The position numbers were made by a program, and so were the translations under genes. From positions 12,648,001 to 12,712,000 of the forward strand of contig CP075493.1 in assembly GCA_021613535.1 (NCBI GenBank): a stretch of 64,000 nt of DNA. Direction: 5' to 3'. Source of the DNA: Adineta vaga. Its lineage: Eukaryota > Animalia > Rotifera. Numbering within the stretch: position 1 is the stretch's first letter; every line of letters starts with the position of its first letter. Shown here one piece after another: positions 50,530-64,000 of this stretch. Below the pieces are notes generated by a model, which saw only the letters and a program-made list of their open reading frames with translations, made no database searches and was not told where the DNA came from.

Positions 50530-51339
50530 AAATCGTCCGAATAGAACAACTATCATTAAACTTCTGAAATCATGAATCTAATTCAAAAAATTCTATTAAT
50601 CATGTATATTTTTTGTATATTTTAATCACGATAAATGAAAAGAGAATAAATATTCAATGTCCAATCAAATTATTTAGCTGGCACCTTGAGGGCATTGTTG
50701 CATTCAGATAAATAAACTTACGGTAGACAACGTTAGAAATAATATCTAACATTTTTCATCATCCCTAGGGTGATGATCTCGAATTTATCCCATTTTTTAA
50801 GGCCTAATTGAAAAAGTATCGAAGAATCTAGAAATTTAATATGCGCCATTCTTTATCTTGTATTTCTTTTTCCAGAAATTAATAATTACGTCGAACGTAT
50901 TAGTCATTTTTGATACTTTTAAAAAACGAAAGTTGATTTGCGTCGTTACATATTATCTTCTTCCTAGAGAAAGGAAAAAAACTATATTTATTAACATGAC
51001 GCATTACATTTATCAGTCTTTTATTGATAGGAATTTGATGATTTAAGTTGGATTCTTATGCGTTCTTCCTTTTCTTTTCGATTTTCGACGAACTGCAAGA
51101 TAAATCGTAATTGTACGACAAACAAGAATATGTACAACTTGACAGCGTGAATGTACTAGTAAACTGATATCGACATTTCAATTAAATTGAAATTATATAT
51201 GAAGAAGGCGAATTAGAATTAATCTGCTCAAATAGTATTCAAAACCACATTCATCCTGATGTGATGGTTAGAATCTTTTTCACACTCTGTCCATCTTATC
51301 GTTTATTCTCAATTATTTGTTGGAAAAAGAAAATCTATA

Positions 51340-53798
51340 TTAGTAATAAATTCGACTGTTTGGTTTTTTCATTTGTGATTCCATTTTGTATGAGATGATG
51401 TTGTTGTTATTCAGCCATATCAGTTGTATAAACTATATGCAAAGCAAAGAGAAAAAAAGAATAAATTCAAGAGACATACAAATAAAATTATTTACTGTAT
51501 TGTACTGTAATACATCAATGAAATATTGTGCTCCTATATTACTGATTTGATTGACTTGAAGAATCAGTGTTGTAAGAGTCTGTAAGAAATAAAAATACAT
51601 CATATTATACAATAAAATGATGAGATTTACTGTGTTATGTTGTAGAGCCTTCGCCAAATAATATGCCCCTTCATCACTGATTTGACTTTTAGCAAGATCG
51701 AGTGTATTGAGAGTCTATATATTGCCAAAATAATATATATGTAAAACTAGATAGCGAAGCAACTTACTGTATTTTGTAAGAGACTATCAGCTAGATATTT
51801 TGTTCCACCATCACCAATTAAATTATCGCAGAGAAATAGTTTAGTCAACGTCTATTTCAAAACGAATCAAATAGACTACACAAGATACGAAAGAATAAAA
51901 TTCACTTTATTTTTTCGCAAAACATCAGCCAAATATTGCGCTCCTTTTTCGTCAATTTTATTTACGGCTAGATATAGTTCAGTAAGTGCCTATACGAAAA
52001 AAACAATACCATTGATTGTACATACAAAAAGATAAAAACGACTTACATTATTCTCCTGTAAAGCATCAGCTAAATACTTTGTTTCTTCATTTCCAATTTG
52101 ATTTTCATTGAGTTCTAATGTTATAAGTGTCTACATGAATAAAAATAAAATTCAAAATTACATCAAAGGAAGATAAGTAATACTTCCTTCAAACTATTTT
52201 TATTCGTATGCATATTTTTTCTTTACTTGAAGCCTATGCGAAACTTACTGTATTATGTCTTAAAGCATCAGCCAGATATTTTATTCCTATTTCACCGATT
52301 TTATTTCGACCAAGATCCAGTTTTCTTAATATCTGTTTCCAAAAGAAATGTCTATATGAAAGTATATAAGAAAAAGTAATGCTTTGACATACGGTGCTTT
52401 GTCCTAAAAGATTAGCAATACATTTTGTTCCATCATCACCAATTTCATTTTCAAACAGACTTAGAATAGTGAGTGTCTACGTCAGAAAAAGACATGAGTG
52501 TATTTCAATGACAGATGAATTTATGAGACTTACTTCGTTAAATTGTAGAGCATCAGCCAGATATTTTGCTCCGATTTTTCCTATATGATTTTGTTGCAGA
52601 TTTAGTTTGATGAGTGTCTGTATAGAAAAGTAGTGCACAATAAAGTAAGAGACTTACAATAGACACTCACCTCATCTAACGTTGTATCAATCATTTGATT
52701 TAGCGGTCGTTTAGTTAAACGACAAATAGTGTCTTTCCATGTAACTTCACATCTAACTACTTCATCTTGTTTTGGAATGTTAATTGGTGATGTATAGATC
52801 TGAATGGTATTGGAACAATTAGGGACACATGCACAGGATACAAACCAGCGTTTATCGGTGACCCAAAAAGGTGTCCGGAATGGAGCCATCGCTGGTTCGA
52901 GGGGTATAGATTTATCTTTATGAAAATTCCATTTAGTAATGAAAAATTCAAGTTTATCTAATTGTGATAATTTAACTGATATGATTTGTTCCCAATACTT
53001 AGCATCAAACATAGAATCGCATGTTTCTCTCCGTGAAATCAGTTTAAGATGCCGAAGTGAAGGTATTGATAAAAGCAGTAACTCAAAATGTTCTGTAGAA
53101 GATTTTAAATTCGTAATAGTCAACGACTTCAATGAAGCATGAACTGATGTTAGTATGTTATCATCTGAATCCTTGATAGTACAATTCTTCATTACCAATT
53201 TTTGTAAATAAGGTAGTTGATGAAGAATAAGAAGATAGTCACTATAAATACAATCAGAAAACATCAACTCTTGTAGTCTATATTGATCTGGCCATGATAT
53301 TTGATTAGCCATATAATCCATATTAATCATACAGAGTTTTCGTAAATTCCATTGACCAAGGACTGATGACACATGAGCCCATGCTTTACTCGGTTCTTTT
53401 TCATTCGATTTAATTGTAAGTGATAACAGAGGAGCAGTAGTAAAAATCTGTAAGACATTTTTCAGTTCAATATCATTGATTCGATAAAGAGATAATGAAG
53501 AAAGTCGAGAAAATTGACTCTTGTTAAATAAAGAATGAAATAAATCAAATACATTTGCTTTGTAACTATTCGAAATAATCAATGTAGTAATACTTTCAAG
53601 TTGGATACGATGCGGAATTGATTTGATGAGGTTCCATGATTTGGAGTTGACGATAAGTTTAAATCGATTATAAGTATTCACAAGATTTGCAAATGTTTTG
53701 CAGACTAGACGAATAGAAAGTATTGTTTCGAAATCACAACGATCAAATATGACATGAATCAATTCAGGAGGTAGAATAAGAAGAGACGCTTTTACCAT
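51340..53798 (-). CDS. F-box protein with eight C-terminal RI/NLRC3-type LRRs, one 84-nt exon per repeat
   Basis: F-box LLILPPELIHVIFDRCD...LVCK, then exons such as TLIKLNLQQNHIGKIGAKYLADALQFNE and ILRKLDLGRNKIGEIGIKYLADALRHNT. TAA at 51340-51342. Confidence 0.85.
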
Positions 53799-54246
53799 TG
53801 AAATATCACTTGTATCAGATAATGATCTGCAAAAATCAGATGAGTTACAGATACAAAGTTGAGAATAATTTCGTACTGCACTTATCTAATGTTAAAAAAA
53901 ATAATAACATACGTATTCAATACTAGAAAATGTGAGGTTAAATATGCAATTAAAAATGTTTTTTTTTTATAAAGCAAAAGTATATCAGAAGGATTTTTCA
54001 TTTCTCGTTTCGTATTTTACGATTTATTCTCGAAACACGGGGATTCTTACAAAGAGTTGATTTATCGAATAAACTTTATTTGCGATTCTTATCGTCTTTA
54101 TTTGTTGGGATAAAAACCAATGTTAAAGGGATCTTCCTCTTTCAACGTCATTTTATCTGGTTTTTACCCAAGCAATTGAAATCTTTGCTGATATATATAT
54201 ATATATACATCATTCACTACTTTGAAACTTTTTCGACACATTTCAT

Positions 54247-54624
54247 ATGGCGAACAACGATGATCAAGAACAAACTTACGATGCAAGATTAGTGAAACAT
54301 AAACAATATTTTGCTGACCACTATGGTTGTTCGATTTCGCCATCCTTTTATTTTATTTCCTTCGATAATGGATATGCACATTGGAGCACTATGCCATGGG
54401 GTTGGAGTTTAAGTTCTTTAAATTTGAAAGATGGTGATTCAACACAATGTGGTAAAGGTATTTACAGTGGCATTGCTATCTGTAAAAAGTGTTATGCAGA
54501 TAGAGGCGATGAGATACGTAAAAAATGTCAAGAATTTAATAAAGAAATCAAAGAAAATCATCAAGAAGTAATTGACAACATCAAACAAAAAGGGCTGAAA
54601 ATTGGAATTATCACATATACTTAA
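54247..54624 (+). CDS. Uncharacterised small Cys-containing protein
   Basis: 125-aa ATG-initiated ORF with CKKC and other Cys/His residues. A TATA-like run lies upstream and AATAAA downstream. Confidence 0.55.
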   Translation: MANNDDQEQTYDARLVKHKQYFADHYGCSISPSFYFISFDNGYAHWSTMPWGWSLSSLNLKDGDSTQCGKGIYSGIAICKKCYADRGDEIRKKCQEFNKEIKENHQEVIDNIKQKGLKIGIITYT

Positions 54625-55481
54625 AATATGTGCAAAAGTTGTTGTTTTTTTAAATCTATTTTCATACTCATCGTTGATATATTCATACAATGGGAAAATT
54701 GTGATGTATTTCGTTTCTGTATTGAGAAAAGGATTATTTGAAAAATATGCATAATAAAAAACAAACAAGTCGAACATTTTGTCGCTATTTAAGAAAAAAT
54801 CGAATACAGTGGTGTGATATTCTTCACAAATGTAAATATAAGAGATAAGCTGGATTTTTTTGAACTTAAGTGTATAGTCTATTTATTTGATTCAAAATGT
54901 AATCGATATCCAATTCCAATAAATGCCTTGAAACACGAATACCTTAGTTTTGAATAAAGAATCATCAGAGTATTGTTATAAAAAAATGAAAAGATTTTAG
55001 ATCGATTTATTGGACATGTTTCTTTCTAGTCATATTCACTCCTATTACATTTATACTTTTTTTTCGCCTTACCGATTTACCATGTGACCCCACAAAAACC
55101 ATATGCATCTTCTTCTTTTTCTTACTTTCCTCCCATCTCAGTAGCGTGAGCATGTAATAAAATAATAACATCATATAACACTCACGCGTGTTATTCAGTA
55201 CAAATTATCTTTCAATGGCAAACATATTCAAGCTTCATTCGTTCAGTCTATATCTCTTTGATGAAAGAAGAAATTAGGCTAAATGAATCATTGTTTCATT
55301 GACTATATAGTTATATGATCTTAGTCATATGTCTCTATATATATATGCATACGCACTCTCTATCTACTTTAGACAATACTATTAAACTATTCAAAGATTT
55401 ATGTAAGTTCACTTTTCGAATGTAAGTAACCATACCGTATTTGAAACTAAAAGTTATTATTACTTTTTTACAGGCAATATC

Positions 55482-56768
55482 ATGTCCTTATCAGTAAAAT
55501 CCAACACGATGGAAATAATCATTGTTGGTGGAAGTCTAGCAGGGTTACTCGTAGGATTAGCACTCAAACGACATGGTCATCATGTTCATATCTTAGAAAG
55601 AAATTCTCTACCACTTTTCCAAGGCAATGGAGCAGGTATTTTTGCAGGTGATGAAACTCGTCAATACATGGAAAAGTTTGACAAATGCGGACGAAATTTG
55701 GTTATACCAACGATGTTTCGACATCATCTGGATATTAATGGTAATGAAATTTATCGAGAGAATGGAACTCATTATGCAACCAGTTGGGATCTATTGTACC
55801 ATATTCTACGAGCAAATTTCGATGGTATTGAGAGTGAATATTGTAAACTACCAGATCAAATTGGTGCAATGACGCATTATGATTACGATGCAAACGTGAC
55901 AGATATGAAAGTAGACAATAATGGAGTAACGATATTTTACGAACAAAAGAATGAGAAAAAATCTATTCAAGGCAATATCTTGATTGCAGCAGATGGTGCC
56001 TCAAGTTTTATTCGAACAATAGTGAATCCAAATGTAAAACGAGAATACGTCGGCTACGTCGTTTGGCGAGGAACAGTACCTGAGTCAGATATATCCGAAT
56101 CAATTGCATTAGCGCTTATTGGATGTATCACTTTCTTTCATGCACCGGGTATACAATTTGCTTCCTATACTATTCCAGGAAAGAATGGTACACTTGACCG
56201 TAGAGATCGATTAATAAACTGGGTATGGTATTACAATTATGAAGATCCATCAGAAATTCTCACTGATTGCAATGGAAGAAAGCATCGTTGGACAGTACCT
56301 CGTGACAAAATTCAGCCGAAAATATGGGAAAGTCTAAAACAATATGCAAATGACCATCTCCCTCCTCAATTTATCGAATTAGTCAATTTAACGCGCTCAC
56401 CCTTCGTGCAAGCTATCAGTGACGTTCTTTCATCACAAGCGACTTATTACGATGGGCGAGTGGTGTTTGTCGGCGATGCATTAGCTGGATTTCGACCGCA
56501 TACTGCTGGTGCAACGAGTCAAGCTGCTTTTCATGCTTTGAAATTGTGGGAAACTATGAAAAACTGGGATGATTGGATCAAGAATAAGAATTCATATGAA
56601 AATATTGTGATGGAATTTGCTAGACATGGTATTCAGCATGGACAAAAGTTAGGTAATGCATCTCAATTTGGACACCACAAGTTCGATGGAACGATGAAGA
56701 TGGGTTACCTAACAACACCTGACCATATGTCAAACTCTCATAAAGATGAACAACAATATGATAATTAG
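55482..56768 (+). CDS. Flavoprotein monooxygenase (2,6-dihydroxypyridine hydroxylase-like), intronless CDS
   Basis: IIVGGSLAGL, LIAADG, YVGYVVWRG, INWVWY, VGDA...RPHTAGATSQA. Confidence 0.9.
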   Translation: MSLSVKSNTMEIIIVGGSLAGLLVGLALKRHGHHVHILERNSLPLFQGNGAGIFAGDETRQYMEKFDKCGRNLVIPTMFRHHLDINGNEIYRENGTHYATSWDLLYHILRANFDGIESEYCKLPDQIGAMTHYDYDANVTDMKVDNNGVTIFYEQKNEKKSIQGNILIAADGASSFIRTIVNPNVKREYVGYVVWRGTVPESDISESIALALIGCITFFHAPGIQFASYTIPGKNGTLDRRDRLINWVWYYNYEDPSEILTDCNGRKHRWTVPRDKIQPKIWESLKQYANDHLPPQFIELVNLTRSPFVQAISDVLSSQATYYDGRVVFVGDALAGFRPHTAGATSQAAFHALKLWETMKNWDDWIKNKNSYENIVMEFARHGIQHGQKLGNASQFGHHKFDGTMKMGYLTTPDHMSNSHKDEQQYDN

Positions 56769-57018
56769 GGTGCGGCGTGTAGGAATTTTTGAAATCTGCA
56801 TTCATTTCCATACCCTCCACATGTAGTGATGCAATAATACTTGGTTATTACCAAGTATTTGTTTTTTTACCCTATCGTTTTTTTTCTTCCTGTGTTTTTT
56901 TCCTTCATTTTTCGGCATTCTGCTAGTATAAAAACGGTAGTATCTAATCAAATGACGCATTTTATGCATACGTTTTTCCTGCATCAGAACAATAACTTAT
57001 TTTAGACAATAAAAAAGA

Positions 57019-58677
57019 ATGGTAGGCTTCAAAATACAAAACAAAGATTCGATATTATCTAAATTCATATGTCCACAATGTTCACGGCTGCTGCGTAATC
57101 CTGTTCAATTAACTAATTGTGGTCATCGTATATGTCAGTCATGTACTGAGGAACAAGAGGGGTAGATTATATTGATTTGTGAGATAATGTTTTAAATTTG
57201 TTAGCTCTTTATATAGTGATATGATCATATGTGTGGAATGTCATGAGAAGATGTCTCGAGAAAAAGTACAATTTGATCGAGGTTTCAGAAATGAGATGCA
57301 GATGTTATTAATCGTTTGTGGATTTTGTAATTGGACTGATATATTGAAGAATTATCAAGTAGGTTTTTCCCTCTTTTTCTATTCTGAATAAAAATGGAGT
57401 TTGTTATTATAGAGTCATCTTAACGAGATTCATCCGAATCCAACATGCATTTATTGCGAAGAAAAATTTCTTTCAGTTTCTGATCTTGATCAACATGAAG
57501 TATATCAATGTCAAAAAGTCACTATTGATTGTCCATTAAAACAATTTGGATGCAAAGAAATGGTATATTCACATCGTCAATTGATTCGTTTAGTTGTTAA
57601 AATTCTTTTTATTTAGATATTGCGTGTCAATTTAAAACAACATTATCGAAGTTTAGAACATCAACTAGTATTCATAAATATAATTCAGTATCTAAAATCA
57701 ATCGAACGTTCGACTTTAGAAAATAATGCAATACAATTACAAGAAATACTTGAAACACTAGATATTTTATCGAATAGTCTAACAATCTTGCATGATGACT
57801 TAAAACGTCTTTGGAGTGAATCAAATCAATATGAAGTTACATTCGATCAGTTGAGACAAGATTTTTCAGCAATAAAAACATCTATTCAAGAACAATATGG
57901 TATTATAGATAGTGTAAAAATGAATCAAAATATTCTTGAACAAGATCTTAATTCAATAGAACAAAATATGAATGATATAGTACATGCTTCCTATGATGGA
58001 ACATTCATGTGGAAAATCACTGATGTACAATCAAAGATAAGTATGTCATCTAGATTTTGACGTGTGACATGTAAAAGTGTTTGAGATATGTAAGTTATTT
58101 ATATAAATTATAATTTGTCTATATAGATGATGCACAATTAGAAGAGCAAACATCAATTGATTCACCATCATTTTATTCATCCTCAACGGGTTACAAAATG
58201 TGTTTACGTATTTATCTAAATGGTGATAGAAATGGGCGAGGAAAATTTATTTCATTATTTTTTATTCTTATGCGTGGTGAATATGATGCTATTCTTAAAT
58301 TTCCATTTGATTTCAAAATAACCTTTTGTCTCTATGATCAAACGGATAAAAAGAATCACATTATCGATACATTTCGACCAGATATCAATTCTAATAGTTT
58401 TGAACGTTCACGATCCGATATAAACATTGCAAGTGGTATATCTTCATTTGCTTCTTTGACACTATTTCAACAACAAAATAGTCCATATGTTCGAGATGAT
58501 ACAATTTTCATCAAAGTGTTGGTTGATTTTAACGATACTCCAAAAGATCTATTACCTTATACATTTAATCTCAATGCAGGATTAACAAGTCAAATACAAA
58601 GCGCCAAGATTCGACAAGAAGTTGAAAAACCACAATCATCATCCGCTTCTACGACTATGAATATTGTTACAGATTGA
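57019..58677 (+). CDS. TRAF: TNF receptor-associated factor (RING, zinc fingers, coiled coil, MATH), 5 exons
   Basis: CPQCSRLLRNPVQLTNCGHRICQSC, CPLKQFGC, YDGTFMWKI, SPSFYSS.TGYKMCLRIYLNG, LMRGEYDAILKFPF, YVRDDTIFIK. Confidence 0.9.
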
Positions 58678-59050
58678 ACTATATAGTAATAATTCCATAG
58701 ATGTAGAGCGAAATTTCGTATATTCAGAACTTATTTGTAGTGTTTTTCTCAGAGAGCACATTGATGTCAACAATAGTAATAAGAATGTAATTAAACAGCT
58801 CGATACGTTTTCTTCTTTCTACGGGTGCTGATTATAAATAAACATGTCAATCTTGTATCTAATGACAGTGTTACTAATCAACGATAGATAAGATTAGAGC
58901 AAGTAAAAACAATAAAATGCACGCGTAACATGTAGCATATTTGGTAAAATTTACATTCTACTGATAGAGAACGAACAACGTGTTCTTCCCAAGAATATTG
59001 GTTGTACTATAAATAAACAACCGAATAACGAGTTGAAGCAATCATTTTTC

Positions 59051-59383
59051 ATGTCTACATTATTTTCATTTGAACAGAACTAACATATAGGACAGCAGCA
59101 CGCAAGAGCATAGAAGGATCTTCACATCAAATGCATCCATGATGCAGTATATATCTCTAATGTTACAAGCACGATAGTATGACATAGATAAATACATGTT
59201 CTGAATGTATATGTAAAGCATTCTTTTCTGCTGTCCCTGTATTATATGTAGCATTGAATTGTTATACAAATAATAAGACGTGTCGATTCTTTGCTAATTA
59301 TTCGTCAACAACAACAATGAAGATAGATCTTAACTCATCATTTATATTTACTCAATTGCCATCTTTGCAAATTATTACGACAG
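59051..59383 (+). pseudogene. PAN/apple-domain first-exon remnant
   Basis: NTCSECICKAFF....VALNCYTNNKTCRFFANYS ending at a GT donor. Stops upstream and no downstream exons. Confidence 0.55.
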
Positions 59384-59469
59384 GTAATTGTATTTTTTGT
59401 TTATCGTACAGATTCATCGCTATAAACACTCTCAAGATGACATGAAATGATTACTTTGAGAAAGAAAAC

Positions 59470-59887
<418 letters not shown>

Positions 59888-60439
59888 AATCAAACCAAAT
59901 TTTCCATAAATTTCTTCATGTAAAATTTTCGACCAAATTCTTTATTTTTGTTTCGGTAAAATTTCATTAAAAAGAATGACATGGTCCATCATACATTTTC
60001 TCATCAATATCTATTCAATTCATCTATCATTGAGTTTCGTAGAATTAGTTTTGAATTTCTTCGTTTTCACATTCGTAGAGTTCGACTTCGTTTCTATGAG
60101 GACATCAGTCCCACCTATTCCAATGCTCATTAATTATAAGTATTACAATTTCGTCGATCTATTTTACCAAACTTTCAGTGCACATCTTCGTTTCTATAAC
60201 GTATACTCTCTTTCTATATCAAAGAGTAAGATAAGTATAATGATTTTACGACGCCTGCATTTTTCTTTGTTTCTTTTTCTAACATACCAACATGGTTTTT
60301 TTAAGATAAGATAAGCAATGATTTTACGACCTATTTTTCTTATTCTCCTCTTTTTCTATAACCCGCACTATTTTTCTTATTCTTTAAATAAATATTATTT
60401 TCACCGATTCTATTTGAATATGCTTACACAAGTGAGAAT

Positions 60440-61105
60440 ATGATATTATTTATCATTGGAATATCTATGATATCATTGATTTGTCCGATAATATCTTTCA
60501 TATCTGTAGGATCTATATTATGTCATTGCACATTACATTATACATCGAACATATTTTCACATCAACATCATTTCATCGTGAGCAACATCATTGAATTAAA
60601 AAATCTCATAATATACAAATCTCTTATCACTGTTTTGCCACTACATACGACGAAAATAAATAAGTGACTATAAGTGATTATAAAAATCATGAGAAAAGTC
60701 CTTTTTCTTTTTGTTGTTATTTATGCATTACAGAATGTAAACTGAACGCATGGACGGAGTTATATGAAAGTGATTTGCGTGACAAGTTCTGTAGTACTTG
60801 AAATTTTCCTCATTTTAGATCGTATTGATACTGAAGTTGAACTGCATAGAAATCTAATAGCAAAACGTATGAATAGATTTAAAAGACAAATCTACTTACC
60901 GATCGATCGAAGCAAAAACAATAAACCACTTATTGTTGCTGCTAAAAAGTAACGTACACATGGATTTGAATGAAGTGTTCGACGTGTGAATACGTAAATA
61001 CTGCATGAATGACCAATAATACGCGGAATAAGTATGAAAAAAGACCAAAATCGAAAGAATATTTGATTAGCATATTCAATTGCATTGACTTCAGCAGAAG
61101 ACATA
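60440..61105 (-). pseudogene. Class A GPCR remnant
   Basis: IIGHSCSIYVFTRRTLHSNPCVRYFLAATISG, and ASVDRF-like plus SSTSVSIRS motifs, with frameshifts. Confidence 0.55.
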
Positions 61106-61705
61106 CTTGGGTTTGTTGAGTAGAAGTTCCAAATAATCAAAAGAGTAACAAATAATGTCATCTAATTGTATACTTGTCTGTATGACTTAAAAAAAAGTTA
61201 GATAAATTCATTACGTCAATTCATATTTTGTTAATAGAACTAATTTACATACATATTATAAGCACAATGGCCGACCTCGTTACTTTCATAATTTTTTTAA
61301 TCTTTTTACTGACATCACCCTTACTTCAACATACAAGGGAAAGAAAAAAATTAATAATCAACTTTTGTTCGTTATCAGGCCAAAAAAAGTATAAAAATTA
61401 CAGCACCTAAAGTGAGAAAGAGTGCATCAAAACAAACATTTATAAAATAAAGTAATTTTTCTAAACAAGAGTTGCAATATCTATGATTTGATAAAATACA
61501 TAAACTAACAACATTGCAGTTGACATCAATGGCTCGTCAACACATTTCCAAAGTTGACTTCATACGTCTTTTTTTGTATTTTTCTCGAATACTTATACAA
61601 GCATTTAATTATTAGCATTCTTCTATGAAACAAAACTATTTGTTAATATTTTATAGCAGAAAAAAAGAGTTTTCTTTTAATTCATTATTGTTCATTTACT
61701 GACCA

Positions 61706-61788
61706 TCATCAATCTTACCAAATGGAAAAGTATTATAGTTACTGGTGGACAGAATGGTACTTCTTTCGCAAGTGCTGAATTGTATTGA
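61706..61788 (+). pseudogene. Terminal kelch-repeat fragment
   Basis: SSILPNGKVL/VTGGQNGTSFASAELY* with a frameshift. Confidence 0.6.
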
Positions 61789-62397
61789 TCATTAGTGACA
61801 CAACGATATTGTTCTCCGATAAACTGAAATTCAAGATCTGTTTATGAATTCAATGGTGTAATGTTTGTTGAACAAACTTCAATTGATAATAGTCAGTTTT
61901 TTGTATATACAAGTTTTTTTTCTGAAGAAAAATGCATTTAATTATATGTATGTAAAGTGCTATATTATCATTTATATCATATCTCACATTTCTATATAAC
62001 AGCGCTTCGAAAAAAAGATGAACTGGTTTTCATAAAACTAGAATGAAGAATATGCATTTTATTTGAAAGTAACCTTTGCCTTTTCATGTGACTTCGGTAG
62101 ACACGTTTTTTTTATAATAACGGATAGACAGGGTAAGAAACTAGTGTCTATTCTTCTGTATCAATGATATGAAGTAAAATATACGATATATTTTCCACTT
62201 GCTCGACTACTTACATAGGTATTACATCAATAAAGCATGTGATTATGATATAGCGTTCTTTTTCACGTGTAATATTAAAATTTGTCGTTCTATGACGAAA
62301 TTCACAATCATGTGAATACTTAATATATGAGTACATTTATATGCTATCAATATTTTTAAAGTAAACGATATCTTTTATCTCTTATACTTATTCAAGA

Positions 62398-64000
62398 ATG
62401 TCTACTGTGGATTCTCTATCATTACCCGTCGAACTTCTTTATCGAATTCTTGATCATTTGGATTTTAAAAGCATTTTTTGTTCTTTTCGATGTGTTTGCA
62501 AACAATTCCATGCCACAAGTATTACTTACAATAAATTGAAGGTAGATTTTACCGCAATTTCAAAGTCCAATTTAGAACCCGTCTCTTATATTATTCAACC
62601 TGAAAACATCATTTCATTAGTTATTCCCAATAATTATGAGGGGAAATTAAGCAAATTTTTCTCAATTTATGACATTCATCGTTTTACACGAATTTGCTCA
62701 TTGACTTTTGATCGAATCGATCATGCGGATCTCGATCGATTCTTACAACATATCAATATTTTTACACTGGTTTCACTTTCAATGAATTCATGTGAATCAA
62801 ATACATCCAAAACACTGACTACTATTTTATCAGCTACCAATCGATGTCATTTAAAGAAGTTATGTTCCCATAAGTGTGATGATACAATCAAACATGTGTC
62901 ACAACCCGTTCAATATGCTTTACAACATCTGACTATTGGAATTTGTACATATTATGAGCTTAATTTGATTCTTTATCATTTACCTCATTTACGTACACTT
63001 GCATTGAAAAAATGTAATATGTTTAGTCTAGGCGGACCAAATATTGTACCTTCGGCTGACCTACACTATCCACAATTAACGTCACTAACGATGGAAAGTT
63101 GTCCATATTCTGCAGACCATCTCAAAACTATCCTTTCATTAACACCATCATTGATTCACCTTAAACTGAGTTCTCATGGACAATCATCGTTTTTTCTATT
63201 TGATGGTACCCTATGGGCCAAGTTTATTCAAGCAAAATTACCTCATTGGATAGATTCGAGTTTACGTTTTCTGCTTCTTTCTCTTTAAATTTTGATACGG
63301 ACAGTCCCAAATCACGAATACTTTCATTTCAAACACCATTTTGATTGGATGACAAACATTGGTTCGTTACTTGTGATTATTATCTTACAGGTTCGTGTGA
63401 ACATCGAATGGTAATCTACACATTACCAACATATACTACGATGGAATCAGGAATCATAGTCCGATATAAAGCATCATCAATCAATGATGTTCACCTTTTG
63501 AATAAAAACGTCATAGATGGAACTATTGTTACAGAAGATTTTAGTATAAAATAGTTTTCGATTTTAAAGTTCATTAGTTTTACGTAGATACTCACTACAC
63601 TCAATCTCGATGGCAAACAAATCACCGATATAATTCTAGTTTATTCTTTTCACATCTATTTTAATTGATTAACTTAGACGCTCAGTGCACTCTATCTTCG
63701 TGAAAGTTATATCCAAGATAATGAAATACAATATTTATCTGAAGCATTAAAAAATAATACGATAATTTATAGTTCTACTTTGTTTGTATATCTATCTTTC
63801 ATCTTTGAATGTATAGACACTCACCTTACTTTATCTTGAAAATAATCAGATTCATACGATTGGAATACAAGGCCTAACTGATATGTTGCGAAACAAAGTG
63901 ATATACTCTTTATTCTATCTCAACTTTCTCTTTCTACGTAGCCACTAATTACACTAGATCTTAAAAACAATCATTTCACAACTGAAGGAACACGATATCT
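62398..64000 (+). pseudogene. F-box + LRR-exon gene, disrupted, runs off the window
   Basis: F-box LSLPVELLYRILDHLD...CVCK; frameshift near 63250 and TGA in FQTPF*LDDKHWFV; downstream TL..L.L..N.I exons. Paralogous to 51340..53798. Confidence 0.75.

Noticed and set aside
51496-52616. Regularly spaced ~140-bp repeats that could be mistaken for a CRISPR-like array
   Set aside because: They are 84-nt LRR exons separated by short introns, with no identical direct repeats.

Overview
AT-rich eukaryotic (animal) genomic DNA with many ~50-60 nt GT-AG introns, so most listed ORFs are exons or pieces of genes. The gene content is F-box/LRR genes, one-exon-per-repeat LRRs, orphan class A GPCRs, PAN+FG-GAP, TRAF, MACPF, kelch and PKD fragments, and many intron-poor bacterial/fungal-type enzymes. 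Together with TGTGGG/TGAGGG-like repeats, this points to a bdelloid rotifer (inference, not verified). The window holds about 25 plausible genes, about 12 pseudogenes or fragments, and two tRNAs (Asp-GTC, initiator Met). Main discovery: manual splicing joins roughly ten separate ORFs between 37408 and 44347 (-) into one open 18-exon gene of ~1,700 aa. It encodes a predicted type II membrane protein with two cytosolic nucleoredoxin-like domains (both monothiol WCPPS), a Ser/Gly repeat region, one TM helix, a Thr-rich stalk and four extracellular GEVED-like domains, each on its own phase-1 exon. Other highlights: a dispersed family (~15 copies) of ~55-125 bp hairpins built from telomere-like repeats, a head-to-head MACPF-EGF pair, a broken F-box/LRR-E2(UBC) fusion, and microhomology-flanked deletions in pseudogenes. 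All calls come from reading motifs by eye. No searches were run, and exon boundaries are approximate to a few nt.
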